This document shows positions 62,061-64,000 of a stretch of 64,000 nucleotides of DNA, piece after piece. The notes under the pieces were generated by a model, which was not told the DNA's origin, did not search any database, and saw only the letters and a list, made by a program, of their open reading frames with translations. Source of the DNA: Pecten maximus (Eukaryota); NCBI RefSeq assembly GCF_902652985.1, contig NW_022979151.1:1-64000 (forward strand), written 5' to 3'. Numbering within the stretch: the first letter of the stretch is position 1; each line of letters begins with the position of its first letter. The position numbers and the translations under genes were made by a program.

Positions 62061-64000
62061 ATAAATCTCCGAGAATTATGTATGGTGTTGAGAGTTGCGA
62101 GACGATTTGTTTGTTTGTTTGTTTATGTTTTACGGCCCATCGACAACTAGGGTCATTTAGGGCCAAACAATATACTAACATGTTTTATTTTGTAAGTTAA
62201 AATCAGATAAAATTTGTCATTTTTAAAAGCATCCGTATTGTATATTTTGATCATTATGATAAAAAAGTTGGTTAAAAATGGTAAAATATGTATATGTACG
62301 AATAGATTATGTGAACTTTGTTATATAAATAGAACGTCAAAGACAGTAACGTAAAAGACATCGAAGTCTATAAAATAGATCGATTTCTTTCAAGTAGCTA
62401 AATATTGTTTTCGAATCCACGGAACTGAAAAGGGTTTTCATATCCGGGACTCGAAAGTATTTATCACGAATGTGCTTGAAATCGGAACATTCTATTAAAA
62501 AATGCTCCACTGTGAATTGAGCATCACATGCATAACACACCGGTGGATCCTCTCGTTTCAAAAGGAACGAATGAGTAGGATGTGTGTGCCCGGTACGGAG
62601 CCGAGAGAGGACTATTTCCTCTCTACGATCCTTCCGACTTGGTTTTGATGTTTTAAATTTTGGTTGTACTTTAAACAGTTTGTTGCTCGTCTCGAGAGAC
62701 CAGCGTTGCTGCCATTTACTGTGAATGGCAGAACTAATTATAGGTTTGAAATCTGTATATGGTATTTTAATATTTGTTTGTTGCAGATTTAGAGCAAGTT
62801 TTGCTTAGCGGTCAACAAGTTCGTTGCCTTTAATTCCGACATGGCTCGGAATCCAAAATAGTGTTCATTGGCGTCCTTACCAGGTTTTGGAATTGGAATA
62901 GCTGTAGATTCCTTCCAAGACTCGGGGTTTGTTTGTTTATGTTTTACGGCCCATCGACAACTAGGGTCATTTAGGGCCAACCAAGACTCGGGGATCTTAC
63001 CGGAAGCGAATACTTGATTAAAAATATATAAGAGACATCGTGATGATGATTCTGGTAAATGTTTCAGGAATTGATACGGAATTTCATCTGGCCCAGCTGC
63101 TGAATCGGTCGATCTTTTTAGCGATTCAAGCAACTCCTGGAGATCAAAAGGCTTGTTGTAACTCTCTGTGTTGGATGATTTGAAGTTAAGACGTTTCTTT
63201 TCTTTGTCTTTTTTGAAAGTTTGGAATTTTTTGGAGTGATTTTTGGCGGATGAGTTATGGGCTATATTTTTAGCAAATGCATTTGCAATTTCAGATGTAG
63301 AAGAGAAAATTTGGCTATTGTTGATAAGATGGGATGCTGGAGCCGTTTTTCGTTTTCCACTTATTTTTCGTATCTGATCCCATATCTTTTTTGATGATGT
63401 GTTTGAAGATATTTTAGAAATGTATTCCTTCCAGCTATTCTTTTTGTCGGACTTAATAGATCGCCGAGCCTTCGCCCTCCAAATTTTAAAATTATTGTAA
63501 TTTTCAGTTGTAGGGGAAGTCAGGAATCGTCTTAGAGCTGCCTTTCGGCCGGATCTATTGATAAAAGATTCTTCAGATAAAAGGAACTTTGTAGGTTTTG
63601 GGACGGACTTTGGTATCGTTTTTGTGGCAATAGAAGTTATCGTTTCAGTGAATGTTTTAATTGGGTCATCCAGGTTAGTGAATTTTTCTACAGTGAGCTC
63701 CTCGTTGCACAGGTGTTTAAATTGGCCCCAATCCGCCCTGTGCACATTCCATCGAGGAAGAGGTTGATCAAGAGGGGTCCCAACATTCCTAAGAAAAATA
63801 GGGAAGTGGTCACTCCCACATAGATCATCATTTACCCTCCAGTCATAATCGAGTAAAATGGATGGATGGCATAATGATAGGTCTATGTGGGTACGAGAGC
63901 CTGTAGCAGGATGTAGATATGTTGGGGTATTATTGTTAAAAAGACACAGGTTGTTTTTATCTATAAATTCCTCAATACGTCTTCCTCTCTCATCTGTGTT
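62061..64000 (-). mobile_element. Rearranged I-clade LINE copy, RT deleted, containing a 53-bp self-insertion
   Basis: Tail at 62106; RNase H joined at ~62858 to the pre-RT region; EN motifs at 63800-64000. Confidence 0.88.

Overview
This is AT-rich animal DNA. The SINE, HINE and MITE types suggest a bivalve mollusc (inference). It consists almost entirely of nested mobile elements, and I recognise no conventional host gene. (1) About 1056-35255 is a decayed Polinton/Maverick (adintovirus-like endogenous dsDNA virus). It carries major and minor capsid genes, a chromodomain integrase, a PC4-like protein, a packaging ATPase, a PW-like protein and a protein-primed PolB with a Vsr-like nuclease insert. 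It also has a 2.9-kb 21/22-bp minisatellite, a probable (AGT)n right terminus, and a 5-exon type I membrane glycoprotein gene that the ORF track misses. (2) Inserted in it are a non-autonomous CACTA-like element (1357-6541) and a 13-kb Ty3/Gypsy LTR element (21101-34119). The Gypsy element has gag, pol with a chromodomain, an F-type env and unequal LTRs, and is itself hit by a satellite-carrying HINE. (3) 35-48 kb holds a Sola/vertnin-like OTU relic with spliced repeat exons, a MITE, a DIRS gag, a HINE, two SINEs and an ISL2EU transposon. (4) 48-64 kb is a pile-up of one I-clade (Nimb-like) LINE family that inserts into itself, two Gypsy 5' remnants, and a probable second Polinton remnant (PC4 homologue plus a spliced secreted/membrane glycoprotein). 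Two 500-N scaffold gaps (30511-31010, 48157-48656) limit conclusions about contiguity. Family names come from motif recognition, not database searches.
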